This document shows, piece after piece, positions 1-10,522 of a stretch of 64,000 nucleotides of DNA (positions are counted from its first letter, which is position 1; every line of letters starts with the position of its first letter). A program made the translations under genes and the position numbers. The stretch is from an uncultured Akkermansia sp. (GTDB taxonomy: Bacteria > Verrucomicrobiota > Verrucomicrobiia > Verrucomicrobiales > Akkermansiaceae): contig CAJGCY010000001.1 in the NCBI GenBank assembly GCA_904501955.1, positions 7,914-71,913 on the forward strand, read 5' to 3'. The notes below the pieces were generated by a model. That model saw only the letters and a program-made list of their open reading frames with translations, did not search any database and was not told the DNA's origin.

Positions 1-1009
1 ACTTAGCGGCACGACGGCGATTATTTTTCGGCAGATTATTCAAGTAGCTGTCAACCACCATTTCAGCAGCCGTGGAGAATGAGGCAGCCTCAGGCACGCT
101 GCCGTCTTCCGACTCGTAAGCGTCATTATCATACTCCGCGGAATCCTCCTCCGCATCTTCATAGGCAACTATCAGATTGGGGTCAGCACCGGAATTGAGC
201 AACAACTCCAGCGTGTGGAGATTGATACGGCCCGAGAAGGAGACAAATTGGCATAGACACTGCAAGGGCAGCATATCCTCCAACGGTTCATTGACGGCAA
301 TAATGTCATTCTCAATCCACTGCTTCACCATGTCCGTGCAGCCTTCACCATGAATCAAGTGTGCAATTTCCTCCTGAGGTACACGTACCTGCTCAATGTA
401 CCATTGCACGAGTGGAGCCACATTGTGGGGCTCCAGTATGGCCACGAAGGAAATAGCCGTGCGGAGTGTATCCAGCTGTTTTTGCGGGTCCCAGCCTTTT
501 TCGGTCAGCCACACGAGCTGCTCCACACGCTGCAAAGCCGTGTGGGAGGGGTCAAAACCATCTATGCACATCAGCACTTCCAAGCCGATTCCACTCTGGA
601 AATGATGCACCGTCAGGGTGGAGTTCACATCTTCACCCCTTTCCACAAACAAACGCATAGCCTCGAAATGGTCGAACATGGCAGCCAGACGGCACAGCGT
701 GTCACCATTATCAAAGCTCTTTTCAAGCTTTCCGCTCTCCACAACCTTACTCAAGTAAGCTGCTGCGGGCATGAAATCCTTCAGTTGCGCGATTTCCTCC
801 GTACTCATGGCCTTATCCAACTTAGCAGCAAAGTCGGAGATAACGGAGCGTTCAGACTCAGTCCAGCTTTCATGAAAGACCGGCAATTTAACATGCTTCA
901 GCTTTACGGAAGGGGTGACGGCAGCCGGCTCTTGCTGAGGTGACGCCGGAGCCTCCTGCGCTACAGCCGCGGAAGCGAGCGCACATACCAGTGTGATGGG
1001 TAATTTCAT
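1..1009 (-). CDS. Secreted ankyrin-repeat protein (3' end runs off the window)
   Basis: Manual translation from ATG at 1009: MKLPITLVCALASAAVAQEA (signal peptide). Ankyrin-like segments GDTLCRLAAMFDHFEAMRLFVERGEDVN and LELLLNSGADPN. Frame is open to the window edge, so it is absent from the ORF track. Confidence 0.7.
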   Translation of the reverse strand, partial: MKLPITLVCALASAAVAQEAPASPQQEPAAVTPSVKLKHVKLPVFHESWTESERSVISDFAAKLDKAMSTEEIAQLKDFMPAAAYLSKVVESGKLEKSFDNGDTLCRLAAMFDHFEAMRLFVERGEDVNSTLTVHHFQSGIGLEVLMCIDGFDPSHTALQRVEQLVWLTEKGWDPQKQLDTLRTAISFVAILEPHNVAPLVQWYIEQVRVPQEEIAHLIHGEGCTDMVKQWIENDIIAVNEPLEDMLPLQCLCQFVSFSGRINLHTLELLLNSGADPNLIVAYEDAEEDSAEYDNDAYESEDGSVPEAASFSTAAEMVVDSYLNNLPKNNRRRAAK

Positions 1010-1041
1010 TGTTGTGTGTGGTATAATGTCATTAGAAAAAA

Positions 1042-2034
1042 TCAATCCTCATGCTCCAGAGCAGCCTTCAGCTTCTCTGAGCCGAAGCAGGCCGGGCTGA
1101 CCTCCTCCATGAGGTAGTGCATGATGCGGTCACATATATGGGCTTGGACCTCAAACTTCGGGGAGACATGGAAGAGCTCGCGCTCGTGGACTCGCGAAAG
1201 AGAGGCTTCACGCATCACGCGTACCATTTCCTCATGAATGCGGATGATATGAGGTGCTGCTGCATCCGCTGTGTCCTTATCACGCACCAAGCTGATAACA
1301 CCCAACCATTGATTAAGCAAGGGTATCAACTTCCGGGCAGTAGTGGCAAGCGCCGGCATCACATCCGGGTCAGCAGCCATGTCCATATTATCCAAAACAT
1401 CGCACACGTTTTGAAGCTCTTCCACCAGCCTGCGGGAGCCGTAATACTCCGCATCACGCAAGGCGAGCTCTGCCCAGGCATTCAGCAATTTGCCGATGCG
1501 GGGGCGAGTTTCTATCATAAACTCCATCCGCAAGCGTTTACGTGCCAAGTCATTATCCGGCTCAGGAACCTGCGCAACCGCTTGTGACCAAGTGAACATG
1601 AAAGGCTTAAAACTCTCCAACACGTTGGCGGCCACCTCCGCATCCTCCGGGCTCTTCACCGTATCCAATGCGAGGGTTACCTGCTCCAGCATAGCCCACA
1701 TCTCATGCAACAGCGCCATGTGCTGAGCAATCTCGGGCATTTCTTCCGCCGGAACCTGCGCAATCATCGGGGCAAGAACCTTGCTCAACTCAACAGAACC
1801 GAAACAGCCCGTTGCCTCCAGTAAATTTTTATCAAATTCATCAATGGCAATCCTGTCGGCCGGGGTGGAGGCTAAAATGCGAGCCACTCGGGGAGCTGCA
1901 GCATCCGCGCTCTGTCGATCCGCCACATACATCAACACCGGAGTCAGGGATACCTGATCGGGTTGTCGCTCAGCCGCCGTTGCGGTAAACTGCGCCGGTA
2001 ATGTCAATGCCAAGATGCTCAGTACTCTTTTCAT
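1042..2034 (-). CDS. Secreted hypothetical protein with three internal helical repeats
   Basis: 330 aa with signal peptide; recurring DxxxA(D/E)xAA ... (C/Y)(F/Y)GSxxL units; TTGACA-16-CATAAT promoter upstream. Confidence 0.75.
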   Translation of the reverse strand: MKRVLSILALTLPAQFTATAAERQPDQVSLTPVLMYVADRQSADAAAPRVARILASTPADRIAIDEFDKNLLEATGCFGSVELSKVLAPMIAQVPAEEMPEIAQHMALLHEMWAMLEQVTLALDTVKSPEDAEVAANVLESFKPFMFTWSQAVAQVPEPDNDLARKRLRMEFMIETRPRIGKLLNAWAELALRDAEYYGSRRLVEELQNVCDVLDNMDMAADPDVMPALATTARKLIPLLNQWLGVISLVRDKDTADAAAPHIIRIHEEMVRVMREASLSRVHERELFHVSPKFEVQAHICDRIMHYLMEEVSPACFGSEKLKAALEHED

Positions 2035-2265
2035 GGTATTATAACCGCTCCCTCGGTATGCTTACATTATGCATTCATCCTCTTTTTTGTCAAGCAAACA
2101 AGCTTCACCCCGGTAAATTATAACGCAGACAACACCTTTTTGTGTGCTTTTTAGCGTTCTATTGCGCATTTAGCCTTGAAATGCGGAAAAAAGAACGTTA
2201 AAATAGCCCCGCCTGAGTGTGAGCTCATGGCAAACGATTTTCCAAACACTAATTACATTAAAAAT

Positions 2266-3465
2266 ATGGCTAAACTGACTGTACGCGACCTCGACGTTGC
2301 CGGTAAGGAAGTCCTCATGCGCGTGGACTTCAATGTTCCCATGAAGGACGGTGTCATCACCAACGATGCCCGCATCGTTGCTGCTCTGCCCACCATCAAG
2401 TATTTGCTTGAGAACGGCGCACGCCTCGTCCTTTGCTCCCACCTCGGCCGCCCCGAGGGTACCGGCTACCAGGCTGAGTTCTCTCTGAAGGCTGCTGCTG
2501 AGTGCCTTTCCGGTCACCTCGGCAAGCCCGTAGCATTTGTGCCCGAGACCATCGGTGAGGCCGCTACGGCCGCCCGCGCTGCCCTGCAGGACGGCGATGT
2601 TCTGCTGCTGGACAATGTTCGCTTCGACAAGAAGGAGAAGAAGAACGATCCCGAGTTCGCCAAGGCTCTGCTTGGCAACGCAACGCTCTACGTCAACGAC
2701 GCTTTCGGTTCCGCACACCGCGCCCACGCCTCCACGGAGGGTGTGACCCACTATGCTGAGAAGAGCGCCATGGGCTTCCTCATCGAGCACGAGCTCGAGT
2801 ACTTGGAGGGCAAGCTTGACGCCCCTGCCCAGCCCTTCGTCGTTATCATGGGTGGCGCTAAGGTATCCGACAAGATTCAGGTGCTCTCCAAGCTCATGGA
2901 GAAGAGCCAGACCTTCATCATCGGTGGCGCTATGGCCAACACCTTCCTTGCCGCTCAGGGCAAGAACGTGGGCAACTCCAAGATTGAGGCTGACAAGCTC
3001 GACCTCGCTAACGAGATTCTTGCCGATGCTAAGGCTAAGGGCGTGAAGTTCGTGCTTCCGGCTGATACCCGCTACTCCTACAAGTTTGAGGAGGGTGCTG
3101 AGACCTTCTGCACGGCTCCCTGGGCTGAGGGTGGTGAGATTCCTGCCGACGGCATGGGTATCGACATCGGTGACAAGGCCATCGAGGAGTTCTGCAGCAT
3201 CCTCCGCGGTGCTAAGACCGTGCTCTGGAACGGCCCGCTGGGCGTGTTCGAGCTCGACTCCTTCGCCAAGGGTACGAAGGCAATCGCTGAGTGCTTGGCT
3301 GAGTCCGACTGCATCTCCATCGTGGGTGGTGGTGACTCCGTAACGGCTGCTAAGAAGTTCAAGGTGGCTGATAAGCTCTCCTTCTGCTCCACCGGCGGTG
3401 GCGCTTCTCTGGAGCTGCTTGAGGGCAAGGTTCTGCCCGGCATCGGCTCCCTGAGCGAGAAGTAA
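2266..3465 (+). CDS. pgk: Phosphoglycerate kinase
   Basis: Motifs RVDFNVP, SHLGRP, NDAFGSAHRAHAS, GGGDS, STGGGASLELLEG; start placed at MAKLTV. Confidence 0.98.
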   Translation: MAKLTVRDLDVAGKEVLMRVDFNVPMKDGVITNDARIVAALPTIKYLLENGARLVLCSHLGRPEGTGYQAEFSLKAAAECLSGHLGKPVAFVPETIGEAATAARAALQDGDVLLLDNVRFDKKEKKNDPEFAKALLGNATLYVNDAFGSAHRAHASTEGVTHYAEKSAMGFLIEHELEYLEGKLDAPAQPFVVIMGGAKVSDKIQVLSKLMEKSQTFIIGGAMANTFLAAQGKNVGNSKIEADKLDLANEILADAKAKGVKFVLPADTRYSYKFEEGAETFCTAPWAEGGEIPADGMGIDIGDKAIEEFCSILRGAKTVLWNGPLGVFELDSFAKGTKAIAECLAESDCISIVGGGDSVTAAKKFKVADKLSFCSTGGGASLELLEGKVLPGIGSLSEK

Positions 3466-3489
3466 TCAAACATTTGCGCAAGCACACAC

Positions 3490-3523
3490 AAGAGCGGGTT
3501 CTTCTACGGACCCGCTCTTTTTT
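3490..3523 (+). terminator. Intrinsic terminator after pgk
   Basis: AAGAGCGGGT / ACCCGCTCTT stem followed by a T-run. Confidence 0.8.
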
Positions 3524-3634
3524 ATCGTGTAAGGCGCCATATTGCCCCCGGACGTAGCCCATATTGCAAGTTTTTCCGCACTTTGCGCAAAAAAAACTTG
3601 AAAAGCGCCCATAACGGAGTATAAGTAAGATTTA

Positions 3635-5275
3635 ATGAGTCGCGAATCTGACAACAGCAATAAAAATGTTCCGGGCGTTTTCAACTGGAAAATGGTGCGG
3701 AAAGCCCTGCGCGCGGCAGAAGAGGGCGTTTATTGTTGGGATATCGAGAGTGGTGAAATCTTCTACACGGAGCAATGCCTACGCATGATGGGGCTGCCCT
3801 TCGATGAAATTGCCCCGAATATTTTCACTGAATCCGAATTAACGATACATGAGGATGACCGGCAGTTCTTCGTTAACGAGGTACAGAAATACCTGCGACG
3901 TCCTACATTTTCCCCCTTACGCTTGGAGATTCGTCTGTTGAACCTACGTTCGCGTGGCTGGCGGTGGATTCGAGTCAACGGCCTACTGGAGCGAGATAAA
4001 AACAAAAAGAATATCCAACTGGTAGGTGTATGGGTGGACATCACACGCCGCAAGATGGCGGATTTGCACGCCATGGAAGACCGCGACCTCTTCCGCAACC
4101 TCATCAACTACTTACCTGATAACATATACTACAAGAACCGCGAGTCACGCTTTGTCATGGCCAATGAAGCTACCGCTCGCAAAATGGGAGTAACCACGCC
4201 CTCCGACCTCATCGGCTGTAAAGACACCCACTTCTTTGCCGATGACACCACGGAAATCGCCCGTCAGGAAGAGCTGGAAATCATGCGAACCGGCGTACCC
4301 ATCACCAACAGAATACACCGTGAAAGTTGGAAAGGTGGAAAAAGCTCTTGGTGCAAGTTGTCCAAGTTCCCGTGGTATGACTCCGCGGGTAACGTGAAAG
4401 GCATCGTCGGCATCTCCTCCGATGTAACAGAGCTGGTAGAGACACAGCAGCGGTACCGCCGCATGGCAGAGCAGCTGGATGAACGCAACCGCACGCTTGA
4501 AAAGGAAATCAGCCTTGCGCGCGAAATTCAGCACGCCCTGCAACCGCTGCGCATTCCCCCACGCAAATGGGTATCCGCGGAAACCGGTCAAGCCCGTATT
4601 GCCAAGTTTCACCACGTATACATGCCCTGCACCGGCGTAGCAGGTGACTGCTTTGCAGTATTCCCCGTGGGCGAGTCAGGCGTAGGTATGCTTATTTGCG
4701 ATGTCATGGGGCACGGCGTACGCGCCGCGCTGATTGCCTCCATGCTTCGCGGGTTGATGGAGCAAGTCGCCACCTTGGCAGATACACCGGGGCTTCTTCT
4801 TTCCTCCCTGAACCGGCAACTGTTCCGCATCTTCAGCCAAGCAAACATCACCATGTTTGCCACGGCATGCTATGTGTACCTGGATTTGGACAAGCGCCGC
4901 CTCACCCTCTCCGGTGCAGGCCACCCTGCCCCCATTGTTCTGACGGCGGATAACGTGGCATTCCAGCCCCCCATCCCGAGGTCACCGGCCTTGGGCTTGC
5001 TGGACAGCGCCATGTACCGAGAGAGCGAAATTCAGCTGGAATCCGGTATGAAACTCATGCTCTACACGGACGGCTTACCGGAAACCACCAACCCGCAAGG
5101 TGAAGAAATGGGCGTTAACAGAGTGATGCAGTTCTTGCAGCAACGCGCCCCGCAAAACATAAAAGAGATGATTGACATCTCCCTTGCCGGTATGCACCAA
5201 TTCTCCGAATCCACACGCCAAGATGACGATATTTGCCTGCTGGGCGTCGAATTTTGTGAGGAAACACCGCAATAA
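3635..5275 (+). CDS. PAS-PAS-SpoIIE (RsbU-like PP2C) phosphatase
   Basis: Two PAS/PAC segments (WRWIRVNG..LVGVWVDIT; IYYKNRESRF..IVGISSDVT), coiled coil LAREIQ, and PP2C motifs AGD, DVMGHG, AGHP, YTDG, DDICLL. Confidence 0.9.
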   Translation: MSRESDNSNKNVPGVFNWKMVRKALRAAEEGVYCWDIESGEIFYTEQCLRMMGLPFDEIAPNIFTESELTIHEDDRQFFVNEVQKYLRRPTFSPLRLEIRLLNLRSRGWRWIRVNGLLERDKNKKNIQLVGVWVDITRRKMADLHAMEDRDLFRNLINYLPDNIYYKNRESRFVMANEATARKMGVTTPSDLIGCKDTHFFADDTTEIARQEELEIMRTGVPITNRIHRESWKGGKSSWCKLSKFPWYDSAGNVKGIVGISSDVTELVETQQRYRRMAEQLDERNRTLEKEISLAREIQHALQPLRIPPRKWVSAETGQARIAKFHHVYMPCTGVAGDCFAVFPVGESGVGMLICDVMGHGVRAALIASMLRGLMEQVATLADTPGLLLSSLNRQLFRIFSQANITMFATACYVYLDLDKRRLTLSGAGHPAPIVLTADNVAFQPPIPRSPALGLLDSAMYRESEIQLESGMKLMLYTDGLPETTNPQGEEMGVNRVMQFLQQRAPQNIKEMIDISLAGMHQFSESTRQDDDICLLGVEFCEETPQ

Positions 5276-5408
5276 TGGCGCATTTTCCCCTGCAAACAGC
5301 AAAAAAATGCGTTTTTCTCGCCTTCCACGCAAAAAAAGATTGCAATCCCACGATTTTCGCGCTAGTCTAAACACAGTTACATAAATTATTCTTTACCATC
5401 ATCTCTAT

Positions 5409-6878
5409 ATGGAAGACAGCAAACAGGGGGGCAACACGCCCTTTGACCTTTCCGAGCTGACCGGCTTCCAGTTTGGCCCCGCATGGGCCAAGCCGGGAGC
5501 TGATACTGCACCGACCCTGCCCAAGATGCACATGATTGACCGTGGCGAGCGCCGCGGTGCTCCCCGTCGCAACACCGGCGACAGAGAGCGTCGTTCTCCG
5601 CGCCCTGAAGGTGGCATGGAGAATCGCCGTCCGCGCAAGGGTGGACCCCGCCACGACCGAGACAAACGAGAGGAACGCACGCGTCGCGAGCTTCCGCAAC
5701 CGGCAGAGGGCTTCCGTGTTGAGTTGAGACCGACCAACGGTATTCTGGAGATTTTCAGTAAGGAGATTCAAAAGCAGAAGCGTGCGCTTTCCCTGCTCGA
5801 CCTCGCCGGTGTTGTCATGGCCGGTAAAGATCGTTATGACCTTGTCTTCATGAAGCTTGAGAACGGCAGCATGCTCATTCACTCCAAGAAGGGTGACGGC
5901 GCATGCTGGTTGACAGAGGCAGAGGCAACGGCTTACCTGTGGGCTGCTCCGTGGTTCAGCGAATTGTACACCGCAGAGGATGCAACGGTGGAAGCGCCGA
6001 AGGGCAACTTCACATCTGTAGCCGTTTGCACCATGGGTGGTGAAGTAATAGGCCCCGTGAACTGGCATGGCTACCAAGCTGCGCTCATGAGCCTGTACCG
6101 CTCCAAGTATTCCAATATGCCCTTGGATGCTTTCAAAAACCGCATTTCCATCAACAAGGAAGAGGAATCCGTACAGGCTTGGCTGGAAGCAGCATGCAAA
6201 AAAACAGTTTGGAAGCCCACCCGCGACGGTGCTGCGGAAACAGTGCTTGAGGATGCAAAGGCCGTGGAAGCAGACTTTGTAGCCAACCACTATGCTGAGG
6301 TGTACGAAACGGTGGATAAGGTATTTGTAAACGGCTCTACGACTCGCAATTTGCTTTCCCCCGGGCTTGCTGCACACGTTGCAACCATGTCTCAGCGTAC
6401 TAAAAATTCGCCGCAGATGCTCATTCCGAACCTGTGCCATGGTCTCGCCCGTCACCACATGCCCATATACAAGTGGCAGGGTAACCACTACACCGGCCCG
6501 AGCCGCGTGCGAGCCATACCGGAGGGGACCGTACTGGCAGACCGCATGATGGACATCGTCAACTGGAGCAAAGAGCATTCGGGAGAGAAGGTCGAGGCCA
6601 TGTTTGCCGCACTTTCCGGCGTACCCGCCGGCACGGATGAAGAGAGCAAAAAAGCAGCGTCCGATGCCTATGCCCCCTTTGCATCTGACATGATTTGGCT
6701 GCTTGAGCAAGGCTTCATCGTGGTTACCAGCGACAACTCCATCTGGTATCCCAAGGGTAGCGCAGCCCCTGCTCCGGCGAAAACCGAGCCTCGCCACCGT
6801 AACAAGCGCAGAGGGCACAACGGCAGAAAGCCTGCACCGGCTGCAAAAGCCGATGCCAAACCCGCTGACGGGGAGTAA
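5409..6878 (+). CDS. Hypothetical protein with Arg-rich low-complexity termini
   Basis: 489-aa ORF with host-like codon use and a terminator downstream; no motif recognised. Confidence 0.75.
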   Translation: MEDSKQGGNTPFDLSELTGFQFGPAWAKPGADTAPTLPKMHMIDRGERRGAPRRNTGDRERRSPRPEGGMENRRPRKGGPRHDRDKREERTRRELPQPAEGFRVELRPTNGILEIFSKEIQKQKRALSLLDLAGVVMAGKDRYDLVFMKLENGSMLIHSKKGDGACWLTEAEATAYLWAAPWFSELYTAEDATVEAPKGNFTSVAVCTMGGEVIGPVNWHGYQAALMSLYRSKYSNMPLDAFKNRISINKEEESVQAWLEAACKKTVWKPTRDGAAETVLEDAKAVEADFVANHYAEVYETVDKVFVNGSTTRNLLSPGLAAHVATMSQRTKNSPQMLIPNLCHGLARHHMPIYKWQGNHYTGPSRVRAIPEGTVLADRMMDIVNWSKEHSGEKVEAMFAALSGVPAGTDEESKKAASDAYAPFASDMIWLLEQGFIVVTSDNSIWYPKGSAAPAPAKTEPRHRNKRRGHNGRKPAPAAKADAKPADGE

Positions 6879-6946
6879 CTCAGAGTAATCATACCATCAA
6901 AGCGCCATCAGGCGCCGGGCATACTGAAAAGCAGCCCAACGCTGAA

Positions 6947-6978
6947 GCCCCGCGCCTATTGGCGCGGGGTGCATTTTT
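6947..6978 (+). terminator. Intrinsic terminator
   Basis: CCCCGCGCC-TATT-GGCGCGGGG hairpin, then TGCATTTTT. Confidence 0.65.
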
Positions 6979-7024
6979 ACAGGAATAAGCATTTTTCATC
7001 GCAAAGCATTTACACAAAACCAAC

Positions 7025-8641
7025 ATGGCTATTATCAGCAAAACGGCTTCGGTACAGGAATTGGTAGCCCTGATGCGCGAACACGGCATTACCCGCTGCG
7101 TGGTGTGCCCCGGCAGCAGGAATGCCCCCATAGCTGCAACCCTCAGCGCAATAGATGATTTTGAATGCCGCAGTGTCACGGATGAACGCAGCGCCGGCTT
7201 CATTGCTTTGGGCTGGGCAAACCAAGCACTTGCTCCGGTGGCAGTTTGCGTCACCTCCGGTTCCTCAACAGTGAACCTGCACCCCGCAGTAGCAGAGGCC
7301 TATTACCGCCACATCCCCCTGTTGGTAATATCCGCTGATCGCCCGGCGGAATGGATTGGCCAACAGGATGGGCAAACCCTGCCGCAGCCCAACATTTTCG
7401 GCAGTTTATGCCGCATGAGCGTCAGCTTGCCGGAACATGATGAAAACGGCTGGCATACCAACAGACTGCTCAATGAGGCCATGCTGGAGCTCACGCACCG
7501 TGAGGGAGGCCCCGTGCACATCAACATTCCGCTGGCAGAGCCATTGTTTGCGATGGAAGACGCGGAGCTTCCCCGCCCACGCGTCATCTACCGCACGGAG
7601 TTATCATGCATGGATGGAGATGAAGAGCAAATGCTGCTGGAAATTGCAGCGGCCTTACCGCGCCGCATGCTACTGCTGGGGCAAATGCCCACTGCGCCGG
7701 ATTTGCCGCCGGAACTGACGGAAGACCACGGCTTTGCCATAGTGGGAGAGCACTTGTGCAACACCCCCACTGCTGACTGTACCCGCCCGGACACCCTCAT
7801 CGGCGGTGACGCAGAGTACCCGCTCATCCCCTCCCCGGACTTGCTCATTACCGTGGGCGGATGCATCATCTCCAAGCGACTCAAACAAATGCTGCGCCAA
7901 AATCCCCCTGCAGAGCACTGGCACTTGAGCCGCGATGGAGAAGTGTGTGATACCTTTTGCCACCTGACTCGCGTGATAGAGGGAGATGCTGCAGAACTAC
8001 TGGATTTGCTCGGCGCGTTCGCCCAAGACGGTGATGAATCATACCGTAATTTGTGGTGTGCTGAGCCCGCAGAGTTTCACGCCCCACACTCCGGAATGCG
8101 CATGGTTGGGGATGTGATGAACAATATGCCCACCCCTGCTGTCCTGCATTTGGGGAATAGCTCTGCCGTCCGTTATGCCCAGCTTTTCCCCCTTAAAGAG
8201 GAGGTGCATGTGGAGTGCAATCGTGGAGTAAACGGCATAGAAGGCTCATTATCTGCAGCTCTCGGCTTTGCGCAAGCGGATACGCGACCGCAATTCATCA
8301 TCATCGGAGATTTAAGCTTCTTTTACGACATGAACGCCCTGTGGATGGGCGGCATACAGAGCAATACGCGCATCCTATTGCTGAACAACAATTGCGGCGG
8401 TATTTTCAAGACCCTGCCCACACCGAACATCAACTTAGTGGAAGCCCCCCATACGGCAACGGCTCAGGCATGGGCTGAGGCTTGTGGCATGCGATACAAA
8501 GCCGTGGTGAGGAAAGAAGACTGGGCTGAAGCACTGGCTCAGCTCTGCGCGGAACACTCAGACCAAGCGCTCTTGGTGGAGGCTTTCACGGATAGCGAAA
8601 AGGACGCCGAATTGCTCAGAAACTTTTACAAAGAACATTGA
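7025..8641 (+). CDS. menD: SEPHCHC synthase
   Basis: Motifs [50 protein letters not shown]. Confidence 0.95.
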   Translation: MAIISKTASVQELVALMREHGITRCVVCPGSRNAPIAATLSAIDDFECRSVTDERSAGFIALGWANQALAPVAVCVTSGSSTVNLHPAVAEAYYRHIPLLVISADRPAEWIGQQDGQTLPQPNIFGSLCRMSVSLPEHDENGWHTNRLLNEAMLELTHREGGPVHINIPLAEPLFAMEDAELPRPRVIYRTELSCMDGDEEQMLLEIAAALPRRMLLLGQMPTAPDLPPELTEDHGFAIVGEHLCNTPTADCTRPDTLIGGDAEYPLIPSPDLLITVGGCIISKRLKQMLRQNPPAEHWHLSRDGEVCDTFCHLTRVIEGDAAELLDLLGAFAQDGDESYRNLWCAEPAEFHAPHSGMRMVGDVMNNMPTPAVLHLGNSSAVRYAQLFPLKEEVHVECNRGVNGIEGSLSAALGFAQADTRPQFIIIGDLSFFYDMNALWMGGIQSNTRILLLNNNCGGIFKTLPTPNINLVEAPHTATAQAWAEACGMRYKAVVRKEDWAEALAQLCAEHSDQALLVEAFTDSEKDAELLRNFYKEH

Positions 8642-8651
8642 ACACACATAT

Positions 8652-9470
8652 ATGAAACGCGAGTGGAAAACCATTAAGCAGTACGAGGAAATCCTCTTCG
8701 AGCAATACGGCGGCATTGCCCGCATCACCATCAACCGTGAGCGCTACCGCAACGCATTCACCCCGCTGACCACGGCGGAAATGAGTGATGCACTCAGCCT
8801 CTGCCGCGAGATGCAGGATGTAGCCGTCGTTGTGTTGACCGGCGCGGGAGAGGTTGCCTTTTGTGCCGGTGGGGATATGAATGTAAAAGGCCACGGCGGG
8901 TATATGGATAAACAGGGAATCCCCCGCTTATCCGTGCTGGATGTTCAAAAGCAAATTCGCTCCCTGCCCAAGCCCGTCATTGCCGCGGTGAATGGTTTTG
9001 CCATAGGCGGTGGCCATGTTCTGCATGTGGTCTGCGACTTGAGCATAGCCTCCGAGAACGCCATTTTCGGGCAGACAGGCCCGCGCGTAGGCAGCTTCGA
9101 CGCAGGCTTCGGCTCTTCCTACATGGCACGTTGCATCGGGCAAAAGAAGACACGCGAGATTTGGTTCCTTTGCCGCAAATACAACGCACAAGAGGCTTTG
9201 GAGATGGGGCTGGTCAACAAAGTAGTCCCCTTGGCTCAGCTGGAAGATGAGTACGTACAATGGGCGGAAGAAATGATGCAGCACTCCCCCATTGCACTGC
9301 GCATGATAAAAGCCGGTCTGAATGCGGAATTGGACGGGCAAGCCGGCATCCAAGAGTTGGCAGGAGATGCCACCATGCTCTTCTACATGTGTGAAGAGGC
9401 GCATGAAGGCTCGCGCGCCTTTTTGGAGAAACGCAAACCGGACTTCTCCAAATACCCCAAAATGCCGTAA
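8652..9470 (+). CDS. menB: 1,4-dihydroxy-2-naphthoyl-CoA synthase
   Basis: Crotonase motifs [30 protein letters not shown]. Confidence 0.97.
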   Translation: MKREWKTIKQYEEILFEQYGGIARITINRERYRNAFTPLTTAEMSDALSLCREMQDVAVVVLTGAGEVAFCAGGDMNVKGHGGYMDKQGIPRLSVLDVQKQIRSLPKPVIAAVNGFAIGGGHVLHVVCDLSIASENAIFGQTGPRVGSFDAGFGSSYMARCIGQKKTREIWFLCRKYNAQEALEMGLVNKVVPLAQLEDEYVQWAEEMMQHSPIALRMIKAGLNAELDGQAGIQELAGDATMLFYMCEEAHEGSRAFLEKRKPDFSKYPKMP

Positions 9471-9475
9471 ACTTC

Positions 9476-10522
9476 TTGAACACAACGCTACAAGATGCGC
9501 TTAACCGGGCATCCGCTTTCCCCTTGCAACTGCATTGGAGAAAGCGGGTGCTGCATTTCAAACGACCTGCAGCAACCTCGCGCGGAGCGTTAACAACTCG
9601 CACCACCTACATAGTGGAAGCCCGCTCCCCTTTAGGCGTGGGCTTCGGCGAGTGTTGCACCATGCCGGGGCTGCTGCCGGAACCGACGGAAGCCGAGTTG
9701 ACGACCGCATGCCGTGAGGTGGAGAAGAGAGGTCTGAAGGACGGGGCTGCTCTTTACTCATCCCCTGTGCGGTTCGGTATAGAATGCGCAGTCCTGAACG
9801 CTGTGAGTGGCGGTGGACCTATATGGGACACCCCCTTTACACGGGGCGAACGCAGCATACCCATACACCACCTGATATGGATGGCCGATGCGGACACCAT
9901 GCTTCACAACATGGAAGAAGGAATACGTCGCGGTTTCAACTGTTTGAAACTAAAAGTCGGGGCTCTGCCTTGGGCTCAAGAAGTGGAACTGCTCCACAAT
10001 GCCCATACTGCTTTTCCGCAAGCAGAAATCAGAGTGGATGCCAACGGTGCGTTCTCGCCTGTGGAAGCCCCTGCTAAACTGGAAGCCCTGGCAGCAGCGG
10101 GAGTACACTTGATAGAGCAACCCCTGGCACCACTTCATCTTAAGGAATTGACAGCCTTGTGCAGAGAAACACCCCTGCCCATCGCCCTTGATGAATCGCT
10201 GATACAGTACGCCCTTCACCCCGAGCAGCGTGCGGAGTTGCTGGATATCATTCGCCCGCAAGCCATCGTTATCAAGCCCTCCCTGCACGGTGGGCTACTC
10301 GCAGCAGAGCACTGGGCACATGCAGCGGAGCAACGCGGCATCGCATGGTGGATAAACTCCGCCTTAGAAAGCAACATTGGCCGTACGACACTGGCGGAGT
10401 GGTGCGATTACCGCGCACCGGGCAAACTGCAGGGACTGGGCACCGGCTCACTTTTTGAGGACGACACCCCGGGGCGACTCAGACTCCGAGGCAACGGCCT
10501 CTTTTATTCCCGCAACGCTTAA
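9476..10522 (+). CDS. menC: o-succinylbenzoate synthase
   Basis: Enolase-superfamily motifs KLKVG, RVDANG, IEQP, ALDES, IKP, SALES; lies in the men operon; TTG start is uncertain. Confidence 0.88.
   Translation: MNTTLQDALNRASAFPLQLHWRKRVLHFKRPAATSRGALTTRTTYIVEARSPLGVGFGECCTMPGLLPEPTEAELTTACREVEKRGLKDGAALYSSPVRFGIECAVLNAVSGGGPIWDTPFTRGERSIPIHHLIWMADADTMLHNMEEGIRRGFNCLKLKVGALPWAQEVELLHNAHTAFPQAEIRVDANGAFSPVEAPAKLEALAAAGVHLIEQPLAPLHLKELTALCRETPLPIALDESLIQYALHPEQRAELLDIIRPQAIVIKPSLHGGLLAAEHWAHAAEQRGIAWWINSALESNIGRTTLAEWCDYRAPGKLQGLGTGSLFEDDTPGRLRLRGNGLFYSRNA

Noticed and set aside
350..943. 197-aa plus-strand ORF
   Set aside because: Antisense to the ankyrin-repeat gene, which has a signal peptide and recognisable repeats.
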